From assembly GCA_050633305.1 (NCBI GenBank), contig JBOEGF010000014.1:271042-331433 (forward strand): a stretch of DNA of 60,392 nt, written 5' to 3'. Origin of the DNA: Nannocystales bacterium (GTDB lineage: Bacteria > Myxococcota_A > Polyangia > Nannocystales > Nannocystaceae). Positions 47,268 through 56,945 of this stretch are shown here, one piece after another (the stretch's first letter is position 1; each line of letters opens with the position of its first letter). The notes below the pieces were generated by a model. That model did no database searches. It saw only the letters and a list, made by a program, of their open reading frames with translations, and was not told the origin of the DNA. The position numbers and the translations under genes were made by a program.

Positions 47268-48740
47268 ATGGGGAATCAGTCCACAGGAGAATGCCGTTGG
47301 TCGGTGGCGACCGCCCTGGCGCCCGCGAGTTTTTCGAGCCTGTTCGGGGAGCACGCGCATCTGGGGTTGCGCACGTGCCTCGCCGACATGGGGGGCTTCT
47401 CGACGCCAAGGTTGCCGGCCCGTGCCGCCTGGGCCGACTTCCAGCACACAGCCCTGTACCCCGGCCGGCTTCGCCAAGGTTCGGGACGGGCCGTCTTCTA
47501 TGAGGGCCACTATCTCAAGGGGGTGGGGCGCACGGCTTTGGCCGCGAACTGGACCCTGGAGGGGGATACGCTTCACGCCACCGGACACCTTGCACCCAGC
47601 GCAGGCGCCCGCGAGCTGTTGATCTCGCACTACATGAAATGCAAGGGACTCTCGGACACGATCGTTCCCTGTGAGGGGCTGCTCGTTGCAGCCATGGAGA
47701 CCGGGTTTGCGGCGGCCTACACAGCGTCAATGGCGAGTGATGGTTGCTCTGTGCCAACCTGCGATCGGGCCTTGCAAGCGATCAGCGTCAAGGGAGATGA
47801 CTTCGCTCGGTGGTCCAACTTGGTGTGGTTGGCCAACCAGATGCCCGCGCAGGCCGAGTCAGTCATCGCGTGGTGTTCGCTCGCTGGCCACTTCGCTGCT
47901 GAGCGCTCGGGTGCATCCTCTGCATCGACGGCACCCTCGGAGACGGGCTCCTGGACGGCGCGTGAGGTCGCCGAGTCCCTGGCGCGCGCGGCCCGACGAG
48001 CGATCGAGACGCTGGCGATCCACGTGCGGGCAGGTGTGACGTGGAGCTCGTATCACAACAACTCGACCCTCGATGGACGCTTTCTGGACCTCGAGCTGCC
48101 GACGGTCATCGCAGAGCCCGTGCTGTGTCGGTTCGTCATCAGCCACGAATCCCTGAGCGCATCACAGTTGCCGCACCATGGTGTGCTCTTCGGTATGGAG
48201 CTGCTCTTCGAGGCCCAACAGATTCGTGTCGCCGTGCGAACCCTGATCGACCGTTTTCGGCTGCTTCGTTCTGTGGCCGTTACCCCGTCGGTGGCTCAGT
48301 TTCTCGAGGAACTCGAGTGCGCTCTGGAAGAGGCGTTCGGAGAACGGCACTGGGTCACGAGCCGCGAACAACAGCGGCAGACCCTGACCAGTCTCTTCGA
48401 AGACGCCTGCGTCTCCACGTCGCGAGCGCGGCGGGCTGCGGACGAGGCGATGGCTGAGTTCTACGAAGAGGACGGGGGCGAGACGGACGTGGCTGGCCGG
48501 CTCTTGCCTCTCGCCCTTCCGGCGCCCGAACCCGGGGGCCACGTCGGCGTCTACCTCCTCGATGGGGGCCGGTGTTTGGAGTCAGCACGGGCCCGAGATG
48601 AGCGAGGGGCCTTCTTGACCTCCATCGAGCAAATCGAAGCCTGCTCGACGCCCGAGCGATTTCTCGATTGCGTGCGAGAGGGGCTCAAACGGATCGAGGC
48701 CGCGACAGCTCCGACGAGAAGGCAGGTGCTCGATTTCTGA
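47268..48740 (+). CDS. SelO/YdiU-like (pseudokinase-fold nucleotidyltransferase) protein, putative RiPP maturase
   Basis: YPG...QGSGRA...LKGVGRT...G...S..RELLIS..M and HNNSTLDGRFLD match the order and spacing of the SelO motifs GDGR, LKGAGxT, RExLxS and DNxxxxGxxxD. Starts 3 nt after the upstream stop. Confidence 0.75.
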   Translation: MGNQSTGECRWSVATALAPASFSSLFGEHAHLGLRTCLADMGGFSTPRLPARAAWADFQHTALYPGRLRQGSGRAVFYEGHYLKGVGRTALAANWTLEGDTLHATGHLAPSAGARELLISHYMKCKGLSDTIVPCEGLLVAAMETGFAAAYTASMASDGCSVPTCDRALQAISVKGDDFARWSNLVWLANQMPAQAESVIAWCSLAGHFAAERSGASSASTAPSETGSWTAREVAESLARAARRAIETLAIHVRAGVTWSSYHNNSTLDGRFLDLELPTVIAEPVLCRFVISHESLSASQLPHHGVLFGMELLFEAQQIRVAVRTLIDRFRLLRSVAVTPSVAQFLEELECALEEAFGERHWVTSREQQRQTLTSLFEDACVSTSRARRAADEAMAEFYEEDGGETDVAGRLLPLALPAPEPGGHVGVYLLDGGRCLESARARDERGAFLTSIEQIEACSTPERFLDCVREGLKRIEAATAPTRRQVLDF

Positions 48741-48852
48741 GATGGCCCATCCCGCGACGACCTGGAAACGTCGGGCTTCGGTTTGTCGGTGGCAGCCCGG
48801 CAAGGCCTCCTCGGAGTTTTGGGGCGGTGGACATGCCGTCCGGACGAAGAGT

Positions 48853-49458
48853 ATGGTCGGCGCGGCCTCGTCCGTGACTCCGGAAGACATCGACAGGGCC
48901 CTCAGGGGCGACCGAGGGGGGATGACGGCCTTGGTCGAGGGCCTCAGGCCGGCGGTTCAGGCGGAGGTTGCGTATGCACTGCTGCGTCGATGCGGGCAGG
49001 CTGGGCCAAGCGCACGGCAGGACCTGGCCGATCATGTGCAGGAGGTCTTTGTCAGCCTACTCGCCAACGACGGCAAGGCTCTTCGGTCGTGGGATCCCAA
49101 GGGGGGGCGGAGTTTGACGAGTTTCGTGCGGCTCGTGGCCCGACGACAGGTGGCGACGGCTCTGCGCAGCGGACGGAAGAACCCCTGGCGGGAAGCCCCG
49201 ACCGACTCCGAGGTCTTGGAGTCGGTGCCCGCACAGCAGGAGCACGCGCAACGCGTCGAATCTGCCGACTTGCTGGCTCGGGTGCTCCAGTGCATCTACG
49301 GCCGACTCGATGAACGGGGGTTGTTGCTCTTTCAGATGCTGTATGTGGAAGAGCGAAGTGTCGAGGAAGCCCAGGCCTCGACTGGCATGACTCGCGATGC
49401 GGTCTATGCTTGGAAGTCTCGGCTCAAGAAGATGGTCAGGGATATCGCGCCCTGCTGA
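48853..49458 (+). CDS. ECF-type sigma factor (myxobacterial group)
   Basis: DHVQEVFVSLLANDGKALRSWDP..GRSLTSFVRLVARR and GMTRDAVYAWKSRL. Confidence 0.85.
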   Translation: MVGAASSVTPEDIDRALRGDRGGMTALVEGLRPAVQAEVAYALLRRCGQAGPSARQDLADHVQEVFVSLLANDGKALRSWDPKGGRSLTSFVRLVARRQVATALRSGRKNPWREAPTDSEVLESVPAQQEHAQRVESADLLARVLQCIYGRLDERGLLLFQMLYVEERSVEEAQASTGMTRDAVYAWKSRLKKMVRDIAPC

Positions 49459-49480
49459 GCAAGCACCCCGACTGAAGGCG

Positions 49481-50416
49481 ATGACCATGACGGCTGAAGA
49501 CGAGAGATTGTTGCGAGACGTTGCAGAGCAGCTTCGAGACCGGGAGCGCCAGATGCCGCGGTGGGAGGCGGTCACATCGGGGCGCATGTCGATCGACGAT
49601 GCTCTGACGACACAACCGCAGCAGGACACGGACCCTCCGAGTGCCGAGCTTGCCCGCGCCCTGTTCTCGCCCTACAGCGCGGAGGAAGAGAACGCGTTGG
49701 TCGATCAGTTGCTTGCCAGAGATGACGACGGCACGCGAGGTGAGGACGCTGAGGGGGAGGACGCGGAGGCTGAGGAGAACCAAGTTCGCGGCACGTCTGC
49801 CCCGTTGCGGATCGTGGACGACTCCGAGGATTCCGACGACGGGGGAACCGATTCTGGCCGCGGCACAAATCGTGAAACGCAAAGCTCCCGGGCGTGGCTA
49901 TGGGGGGGGCTCGGGGTCGCGGCGGCGGCGGTTCTGCTTGGTGTCTGGAGCATCGCGCCCGGTGACGGGTCCGCGAGTTCAGAGCGATCCACGATGGTTG
50001 CTCGGGCGAGTTCGGTGCCGTCCTACGCGCTGGAACTGGACGGCAAGGTTCACGCGACTCGTTCGGCCAAGAGTGGGGACGATGGCGACGTCGAGCGCTT
50101 CGCCTCCGACAGGCCGCTCGTGGCTGTGCTTCGGCCTGCGTCCGCGGGGGCGCAGGATGTAGGAGTTCGTGTCTGCGCTCTTTCGAGCACCGGTGCGTTG
50201 TTACCATTGGGGGTTTTGCCAGAACGTGCAGCTTCAGGCAGCTTCCGCATCGCCGAAACCCCAGAGGCGATGGGGCTTGGGGCAGGGGAGTGGACGTTGG
50301 TGTTCTTGGTCGGAGACGCAACCGCGGTTGCGGCGGTTGACCTGGAAAGGGTCGCGAGTGAAGACTTCGACGGGCCATGGCAGACGATCCGGGCCCAGGT
50401 CGAGGTTCTGCCCTAG
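49481..50416 (+). CDS. Single-pass membrane protein, probable anti-sigma factor
   Basis: Follows the ECF gene. Acidic cytoplasmic N-terminus, TM WLWGGLGVAAAAVLLGVW, and a beta-rich exported domain. Confidence 0.7.
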   Translation: MTMTAEDERLLRDVAEQLRDRERQMPRWEAVTSGRMSIDDALTTQPQQDTDPPSAELARALFSPYSAEEENALVDQLLARDDDGTRGEDAEGEDAEAEENQVRGTSAPLRIVDDSEDSDDGGTDSGRGTNRETQSSRAWLWGGLGVAAAAVLLGVWSIAPGDGSASSERSTMVARASSVPSYALELDGKVHATRSAKSGDDGDVERFASDRPLVAVLRPASAGAQDVGVRVCALSSTGALLPLGVLPERAASGSFRIAETPEAMGLGAGEWTLVFLVGDATAVAAVDLERVASEDFDGPWQTIRAQVEVLP

Positions 50417-53229
50417 CGGCCCTTGGCGCTTCGTTGTTCGTTTTGCTCGCGTGCGGTGAGCCGCGCGGTGGCTCGGCGCGCGCGCAGCTCGGTGCGAGTC
50501 CTGCCACCTCGGCTCACGCTGCCCCCGATTCTCCGGCGGCCCTCGATCCCTTGTTGTCGCCGGTTCGGTTCTCGGGGTGTCGGGCGGTCCATCGTTCCGG
50601 GGTTTGCTACGCACCGCGCAATGGAGCGGTCGCGTTGTGGGTCCCGAAGAGCGTGGGCGTACCGAAGACGGTGCGGGTGGATGGTGTGGAGTCCAAGTTG
50701 GACCTCGTTGCGCAGGCCGATGGTCACCACCTTGAAGTCGAGCTCGAGCAAGACAAGGCGGAGATCGACGTCGAGATCGAACACCCGGACACTTCGGGGT
50801 CTCGATGGCGGCTACAGGTCGAGCCGCTGAGCAAGCAGGACCCGCCGCTGTTCGATCGTGTGCGATCCCTGGCGAAGCAAAAGACGCCGGGGCTCGCCCT
50901 TGCCGAAGCGCAGGCCCAGCTCGAGACCGCGGAGCTGGCTGATCGAATGGTGACACTCGAGCTCGTCGCCAACATCCATCTCTCCAATGGGGAGGTCGAC
51001 GAAGCGCTGCAGGTGAGTGAAGACGGCCTGAGGCGAGCGCTTGCGGCCAACGTGCCCGATAGTGCGGTGCGGCACGCGATGCGAGGGGTGTACATCTCTC
51101 TGTACGTCAAGCCGGACCTCGAGCGAGCGCGGTCGCTGCTCTCTGAAGTGGCAGAGCTCCTCCCACTGTCGATGGGGACTGCGGCGCAGCAGGCCTACTA
51201 CGAGGGGTTGTTGTCGCTGCGAGAGGGAGACCTACGCAAGGCCGAGTCCAAGTTGGCCAACGCGGTGCAACGGGCACGTGAGACGAAGAGCGTGAAGCAA
51301 GAATCGCAGGCCCTCGAGATTCTCCTGGTTCTCCGTGCGCAGGCGGGACACGGGCCCGCGTTCGAAGCACTCGCTGGACGTTTGCAGGAACTCGGAGCGC
51401 ACGCTCGCCCCTGCGGACGGGCGAGCCACTCCAACAACCTCGCATGGGCTCGGTTGCTGGCGGCGGATGACGAGGAGGGTCTTCTCGCGGCGCGGGCAGG
51501 ATTCGAGGCTGCGCTGGGAGCCGCGGCGCAGGGGGGAGACTGCCCGAAGCTGGAGGTCGAGCACGAGGCCCGCCTGAACTTGGCGATCGTTGCGGCTCGC
51601 TTGGAGGATTGGACGGCGGTCGAGCGCTACACGGCGGAGCTCGACCGGGCGAAGATGCCGAGCACCAGGATTTGGCGGGATCTCCTACGTGCGCAGCGCT
51701 GGACCGCGAAGGGGGAACATCGGCGGGCACGTGTCGTGCTCGAATCGGTGATCGAACGCGCGGACGGCTTGAGCGACGCCGGCCTGCGCTGGCGTGCCAA
51801 CATCGCCCGAGCGGAGACGGAGCGCGCGAGTGGACGTACCAACGAGGCCTTGACCTACTACGACCGCGCCCGGTCGGACTTCGAGGCGCGCCTCCGACAG
51901 GTGCCGATGGACGGCGGCCGAACGCGCCTTGCAACGCATGCAGACCGCGGGACACAAGGCGAGCTCGAGTTGCTCCTCGAGGTCGGCCGCGTCGACGAAG
52001 CGCTCTGTGTGGCACGACTGGCCCGCCTCCGAAGCCTCCGCCACCTCGCTCGGCTCGACCGGATCTCCGGGCTCGGGCCTGAGGAACGCGCCCGGTGGAC
52101 TCGGTTCATGGAGCGCTACCGTCGCGATCGGGAAGCGCTCGACGCGTCGATCGAAAGGGACTGGGAACGACCCGCGGACGAACTTGCCCGAGTCCGAGTC
52201 AAGCGAGCCTCGCGTGTCCGTGAGCTCGCGCGCGAGCTGGATGCGGCCTACGCCCGCATCGACGCCGGGGGAGACGATGTGAGCTGTTCTTCGCTGCCCT
52301 CGCCCCCCGCCGACGAACTCCTCCTTTTCGTCCGCCCGCTCGGCGACGAACAGGTCGCATTTGCGCGGCCGGGCGACGGAGCGTTCGAAACCCGCGCGTT
52401 CCGATTTTCGTCGACCGGTTCGGGCGAGAACGAAGCCCTCGCAGCAGTCCTGCTTGCGCCGATCTCCGGCCTTCTCGACAAACATCGACGCATCCGCCTG
52501 ATCGCGCTCGGTCCCGTCTCGTCGGAGGACTTTGGGGGTCTCCCGTGGAACGGGCACGCCTTGATCGAGTCGCATCGATTGACCCATGCGTTGGACCTCC
52601 CGCGGACTTCACGATCCCCGCTGGGCACGGATCCCCCGAGCGCCTTGCTTCTTGCCGCGGGGGACTCGGGGCTGCTGCACCAGGAGGAGGAGGTCGAGAC
52701 GGTTTCGACCTACCTGTCGAGCATGGGGTGGCAGGTGGCCCGCCCCTTGTCGCCGCCGATGGCCGAGGTCATGAAGCAGCTCTCGGAGGTCGACCTCGTC
52801 CACTACAGCGGCCACGCGAGCACAGGAGGTGGGTCTTCAGCCGATGCCGGCTGGGGCAGCCGACTTCAGTTTGCGTCGGGCATAGGGATCGGCGACATCC
52901 TGATCCTGCCTCGTGCTCCACGAGTCGTCGCATTGTTCGCCTGCGAAGCGAGCGAGCTGAGTCCCCGAGCTCTGGCCGGCAGCATGAACCTGGCGCACGC
53001 GTTCTTGCTGGCAGGCAGCGACGTTGTGTTTGCCGGTGGTGGCGCGGTCGATGACGCAAGTGCAGCCTCCTTTGCCAAGCACTTCTACGCCGCGCTCTCT
53101 GAAGCGCCGGTCACCGGCCGGCCTTTGCGAACCAGCGTGGATGCGAGCTTGGACGCCTTCCATCGTGCGCAGCGTAGCTACGCGCGGCAGCACGGCACTT
53201 CGGGTCCATTTCGAGCCTGGACCCCGTAG
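50377..53229 (+). CDS. TPR-like plus CHAT (caspase-like) domain lipoprotein
   Basis: Lipobox LLAC, helical repeats, and the CHAT dyad motifs VHYSGHA and LFACEAS, followed by LAHAFLLAG. Confidence 0.9.
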   Translation: MADDPGPGRGSALAALGASLFVLLACGEPRGGSARAQLGASPATSAHAAPDSPAALDPLLSPVRFSGCRAVHRSGVCYAPRNGAVALWVPKSVGVPKTVRVDGVESKLDLVAQADGHHLEVELEQDKAEIDVEIEHPDTSGSRWRLQVEPLSKQDPPLFDRVRSLAKQKTPGLALAEAQAQLETAELADRMVTLELVANIHLSNGEVDEALQVSEDGLRRALAANVPDSAVRHAMRGVYISLYVKPDLERARSLLSEVAELLPLSMGTAAQQAYYEGLLSLREGDLRKAESKLANAVQRARETKSVKQESQALEILLVLRAQAGHGPAFEALAGRLQELGAHARPCGRASHSNNLAWARLLAADDEEGLLAARAGFEAALGAAAQGGDCPKLEVEHEARLNLAIVAARLEDWTAVERYTAELDRAKMPSTRIWRDLLRAQRWTAKGEHRRARVVLESVIERADGLSDAGLRWRANIARAETERASGRTNEALTYYDRARSDFEARLRQVPMDGGRTRLATHADRGTQGELELLLEVGRVDEALCVARLARLRSLRHLARLDRISGLGPEERARWTRFMERYRRDREALDASIERDWERPADELARVRVKRASRVRELARELDAAYARIDAGGDDVSCSSLPSPPADELLLFVRPLGDEQVAFARPGDGAFETRAFRFSSTGSGENEALAAVLLAPISGLLDKHRRIRLIALGPVSSEDFGGLPWNGHALIESHRLTHALDLPRTSRSPLGTDPPSALLLAAGDSGLLHQEEEVETVSTYLSSMGWQVARPLSPPMAEVMKQLSEVDLVHYSGHASTGGGSSADAGWGSRLQFASGIGIGDILILPRAPRVVALFACEASELSPRALAGSMNLAHAFLLAGSDVVFAGGGAVDDASAASFAKHFYAALSEAPVTGRPLRTSVDASLDAFHRAQRSYARQHGTSGPFRAWTP

Positions 53230-53246
53230 CAGACCGTGGTGAAACG

Positions 53247-55421
53247 CTAGGGCGCGACGAGGATCGCGTTGCTCACCGTGAACTTGCGGTCGGACGACCC
53301 GTAGTCGCAGGTCATGCTCGCGCTTACGACCGCTCGGACGGCGGTCTTTGGGACGCCCCCGCTGCTCGCGGCGAACGAGGGGTTCGCCACGGTATGGATC
53401 GTGCTCGAGTCCAGGGGGAGCGCACCGAGGTTGAAGACCGACGGGGCGGAGTAACCCTGGTAATACACGGTCAGGGACACGTTGTTGACCGTGATGTTGG
53501 TCTTGTCGTACGCGGCGTTGAGCGAGGCCGTGAACTTGTCGTCGTCGATCTGGCACACGTCGCAGAATGGGTACTCGGGCTGCGGGTTCGTCCAAGGCTG
53601 AGGCAGATCGTCCGTGAGCATCCCGAGGATTGGCACCGTCGTCTCGACTGCTTTTCCGCAAGCGTCGAAGCAGACGTGCGTATTGGCATCGAGCTCCACC
53701 GACAGTGGCGTCGCCACACCGGCGTAACTATCGACGACCAGCTGGGTGTCCGAGGTGTCGACCTCCGTGTCTGCACACTCGATGGCCGTGCAGCTCTCCG
53801 GCGCGTTCAGGGCTTCACATGCGGACTTCACCGTGCCACATAGTGAGATGCGGTGAACCGATGTGGAGGGCTGGCCCGTGAGGTTCACAGCGGACTGCTG
53901 CGGGGTGGCGAGATCGACACCGCCCGCGTGAACCAGTGCCATCACCTCGGCAGCGCTGAGTCCGGGGTGTTGGGACCAGACCGTTGCCGCAGCAGCGCTG
54001 GCGACCGCGGCAGAGACCGACGTGCCCGTGAAGGTCTCGTTGACCGCGCTCGGCTGGTCGATCTCCGCAGACGCGTGATATCCGGGGGCTGCAATGCGGG
54101 GCATGCTGCCCTCGCGGGTCATGGCGATGGGGAGCTCGTCATGCCCGATCGCACCGACCGCATGGACCAACGGTGTGTAGCCGAGCGACGCCGGTGGCTG
54201 CGTGCTCCACCCATCGGCATGGGGCGTGGGGCTGAACCCCAGATCATCGCACTGGGCGGCCGTGGGGGCGGAAAGGCGCTCCCACGCGCCCGGGTTGAGC
54301 GCGCCGTACTCGCAGCCTCCCACGGGTTGGTTTCCCGCCGAGACGATGATCAAGGCGCCTTCACAGGAGGCGCGTACGAGTGCGGCGTGAACGGCTTGGG
54401 TGCGTACGGGGATGTCAACTTGGCTTGCGGGGTTCAACAGGGTGTTGATGTGCGAGGACGCGCCGCCGCCCACACCGATGTCGCCGAAGTGTGCATCCCA
54501 TCCCACGCTGAGGTTGAGCACCAGTCGCTGCGCATCGTCGGACCCTCGGGAAAGGAGCCAGTCGTTGACCGTGTTGTCGATTGCACGCGCGAGGTCGACC
54601 TGACCACCAAAGTGGCCTCCACCCCATGTGTCGGTCGTCGGAAGTCCCACGTTGTTGTAGTAGCGGGGCAGGGCGAGCTCGGTCGTGACCGTCCGAGGGC
54701 AGTTTGGGCCCTGGTCTCCACACGCGAGGTCCGCGATGAGGTCGGCCATGGCTTCCCCGTGCGGCGATCGGGCTTCAGCGCCGGCAATCCGGGCCGTGTC
54801 CAGAACCGCAACGGTGACCCTGTGCCCCGGTTGGTTCAGGTGCGCGTCGGGATCGCTCATCCGCCCGGCGTGCTTGCGGAACGTGTTCGTCAGCGTCGCG
54901 GCCGTGGGGTCTGCCAGTGCGTTGTTCTGGGGAAAGACCCAGTCACAATCCGGCTGCATGGCGAGCACATCGGTTGGCAACGCGTCGTACTGTGGAGCCT
55001 CTTTGAACTTCGGTTGCGTCGAGGCCCACTCGTAAAGGCAGTAGCGGTTGAGGACCGGGACGTTCCCCGCGAACACTGGGGAAACCCTCCATACCCCAGT
55101 GGACGTCGAGATCTGAGTGCCGCCAGGACATGGGGGAGCCGAAAGCGTTGGCTTGGGGTTCTTCTCATCCGCCGATGATGCGGGCGGAGGCTTCGGGGGA
55201 CCGATCAACGCGACGATGCGTCGCCCGTCGCAGGCGGTCGCGATATCGGGCGGCCCGAACGAGCTAGGGTCGCTGCAAACCGACGCTGCGCGCAGGCGGG
55301 TGTCGCCCTCCTCGTTCGCGTCTTCGCCAGGGACGTTGTCCCCGGCATCACAGGCCGAGGGAACAACGAGCGTGCAGAGGGTAAACAAACTCAGGCGTGT
55401 CGAGATATGCATAGGTGTCAT
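53247..55421 (-). CDS. S8 subtilisin-like serine protease, exported Cys-rich probable lipoprotein
   Basis: VAVLDT, HGEAMA, VLNLSVGW, SAGN, GTSVSAAVAS. Signal ending PSAC. Confidence 0.9.
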   Translation of the reverse strand: MTPMHISTRLSLFTLCTLVVPSACDAGDNVPGEDANEEGDTRLRAASVCSDPSSFGPPDIATACDGRRIVALIGPPKPPPASSADEKNPKPTLSAPPCPGGTQISTSTGVWRVSPVFAGNVPVLNRYCLYEWASTQPKFKEAPQYDALPTDVLAMQPDCDWVFPQNNALADPTAATLTNTFRKHAGRMSDPDAHLNQPGHRVTVAVLDTARIAGAEARSPHGEAMADLIADLACGDQGPNCPRTVTTELALPRYYNNVGLPTTDTWGGGHFGGQVDLARAIDNTVNDWLLSRGSDDAQRLVLNLSVGWDAHFGDIGVGGGASSHINTLLNPASQVDIPVRTQAVHAALVRASCEGALIIVSAGNQPVGGCEYGALNPGAWERLSAPTAAQCDDLGFSPTPHADGWSTQPPASLGYTPLVHAVGAIGHDELPIAMTREGSMPRIAAPGYHASAEIDQPSAVNETFTGTSVSAAVASAAAATVWSQHPGLSAAEVMALVHAGGVDLATPQQSAVNLTGQPSTSVHRISLCGTVKSACEALNAPESCTAIECADTEVDTSDTQLVVDSYAGVATPLSVELDANTHVCFDACGKAVETTVPILGMLTDDLPQPWTNPQPEYPFCDVCQIDDDKFTASLNAAYDKTNITVNNVSLTVYYQGYSAPSVFNLGALPLDSSTIHTVANPSFAASSGGVPKTAVRAVVSASMTCDYGSSDRKFTVSNAILVAP

Positions 55422-55951
55422 GGTCGAGCCCGAACCGCGTAGAACGCGGGCAACGTCTTGTGTCCCGATGAAGGGAACGACTACGTACCCATTCGACATG
55501 ACCCTCGAAGATCGGACGAATGAAAATTCGGGGTCGCTGACGGAGACCCGCGCGGCGGTTGGTAGAGAGGCCCGGCTGGCCGGCTGGCCACCGACGTCTC
55601 GATCGTAGGGTCGCGGCGTTTGAAGTGAGACGACGAGGAATCCGCGGGCCAGGAGCGTCGTCCCGGACAGCTGAGAAGGGGCAATATCACGCAGCTGAGC
55701 AGCCGACCTGCACGCCGCGTGTGGTCTCGAGGTCGACGAGGATTGGTGCTCGTCGTGTGAAGAGGGGGTCGACAACGGCAACAGCTGCGAGCAGGAGTGC
55801 TCCTCGAGCTCCCTGAGGTGCATGCTCGCAACGCCCGAGTCTTACGAGGATCCGGCGGACAAGCAGCAGAGCTGCGCGTCGTCCCAAGGTGACGAAACCT
55901 GCCAGTTCGAGAACTGCAGCGCGGGCAGCACCTCGGGGGGAGGCCAGTCGC

Positions 55952-56530
55952 TCAGGCGCGTCCGAACAGCCAGTCGACCAAGCTGGCGCCGATGAGGGTT
56001 TCGGCTGCGACAAACGGCAGTAGCCCCAGCGCAGTTCCAAGCACATAGGGGCCGAAGCGCACCTTCGACACACCGAGCATCAACTGCATCGGGCCAAAGG
56101 TGAAGAAGGTCAGCCGCAGGACGAGCACGGTTCGAACCCCCTTGGTGGCCAGAGCTTCGTCATAGCCCGCGAGGCGTTCGGGGATCCGTTGCTGCACCCA
56201 GTCGTACCCAACGAAGCGAGCGAACCCGAACGCAGTGCATCCCGCGAGCGTCGCCCCTGCCCACGACAACGGCAGGGCGAGCGTTGCTGGCCAGACCAGG
56301 CTGGCCGCGATGATGAAGACGTGCGCGCTCAGTCCCACCGGCTGCAGGATCGCGAACGCGAGCAGGAAAACGATCGGGCCCCAGATCCCCGACGCCTGCA
56401 GCCACGCCCGGACCTGAGCAGCATCGAAATCCTCGTAGAACCCACCGAACAGCACCGAGAGCACGGCCGCGAGAAACAGCAGGCCGAGCGCGAACTTGAG
56501 CCACTTGGCTCGTGCTCGGTCAGGGTTCAT
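55952..56530 (-). CDS. TVP38/TMEM64 (VTT/DedA superfamily) membrane protein
   Basis: Multiple TMs, GATLAG..AF..ARFVG, LVLRL, YVLGTALGLLP. Confidence 0.9.
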   Translation of the reverse strand: MNPDRARAKWLKFALGLLFLAAVLSVLFGGFYEDFDAAQVRAWLQASGIWGPIVFLLAFAILQPVGLSAHVFIIAASLVWPATLALPLSWAGATLAGCTAFGFARFVGYDWVQQRIPERLAGYDEALATKGVRTVLVLRLTFFTFGPMQLMLGVSKVRFGPYVLGTALGLLPFVAAETLIGASLVDWLFGRA

Positions 56531-56945
56531 GGGCGCGAACCTAGCAGGCAGCGGCCACCGATGGCGGACTCCATTGGCCTCGCTCCACGCAGAGGAGCGC
56601 AGCCGGGGTTGGCCGACACCACGCCGTGGTGCAGCACCGGCCCGTGGTCGGCGGAGGGACGAGCCCAGACAGCCGGGCGAGGAAGGTGTGCCGGCCCATC
56701 AGGATGGAACGAACGCCGAGGGTGCGGCCCTTACGAGAATCCTCCGGCCTTCTGAGAAAAATCGCCAGCGCCCTGATCGAACTTCAACCCGCGGACATGG
56801 ACAGAGTTCAGAAGCCTCCGAGGCTCATATGGAGGACTCTGTCTCGGTTGCAGAGTTTAGCGAGAGGTACGCCCTGGAGGATTCGCCAGCGTTGCGCTTG
56901 CAAACCGGAGCGCCGCATGGCCCCATGGGCAGGAAAGGGCTCCCC

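Noticed and set aside
45792..48740. Classification as a lanthipeptide, ranthipeptide/sactipeptide or graspetide cluster because the core is Cys/Thr/Glu-rich
   Set aside because: No LanC zinc-ligand motifs, no CxxxCxxC radical SAM motif, and no ATP-grasp or YcaO signature were seen in the neighbouring proteins.
47268..48740. Link between the SelO-like gene and the selenoprotein candidate at 8.4 kb
   Set aside because: They are 39 kb apart, the SelO-like protein has no C-terminal Sec/Cys redox motif or in-frame TGA with a SECIS, and the shared name is coincidental.
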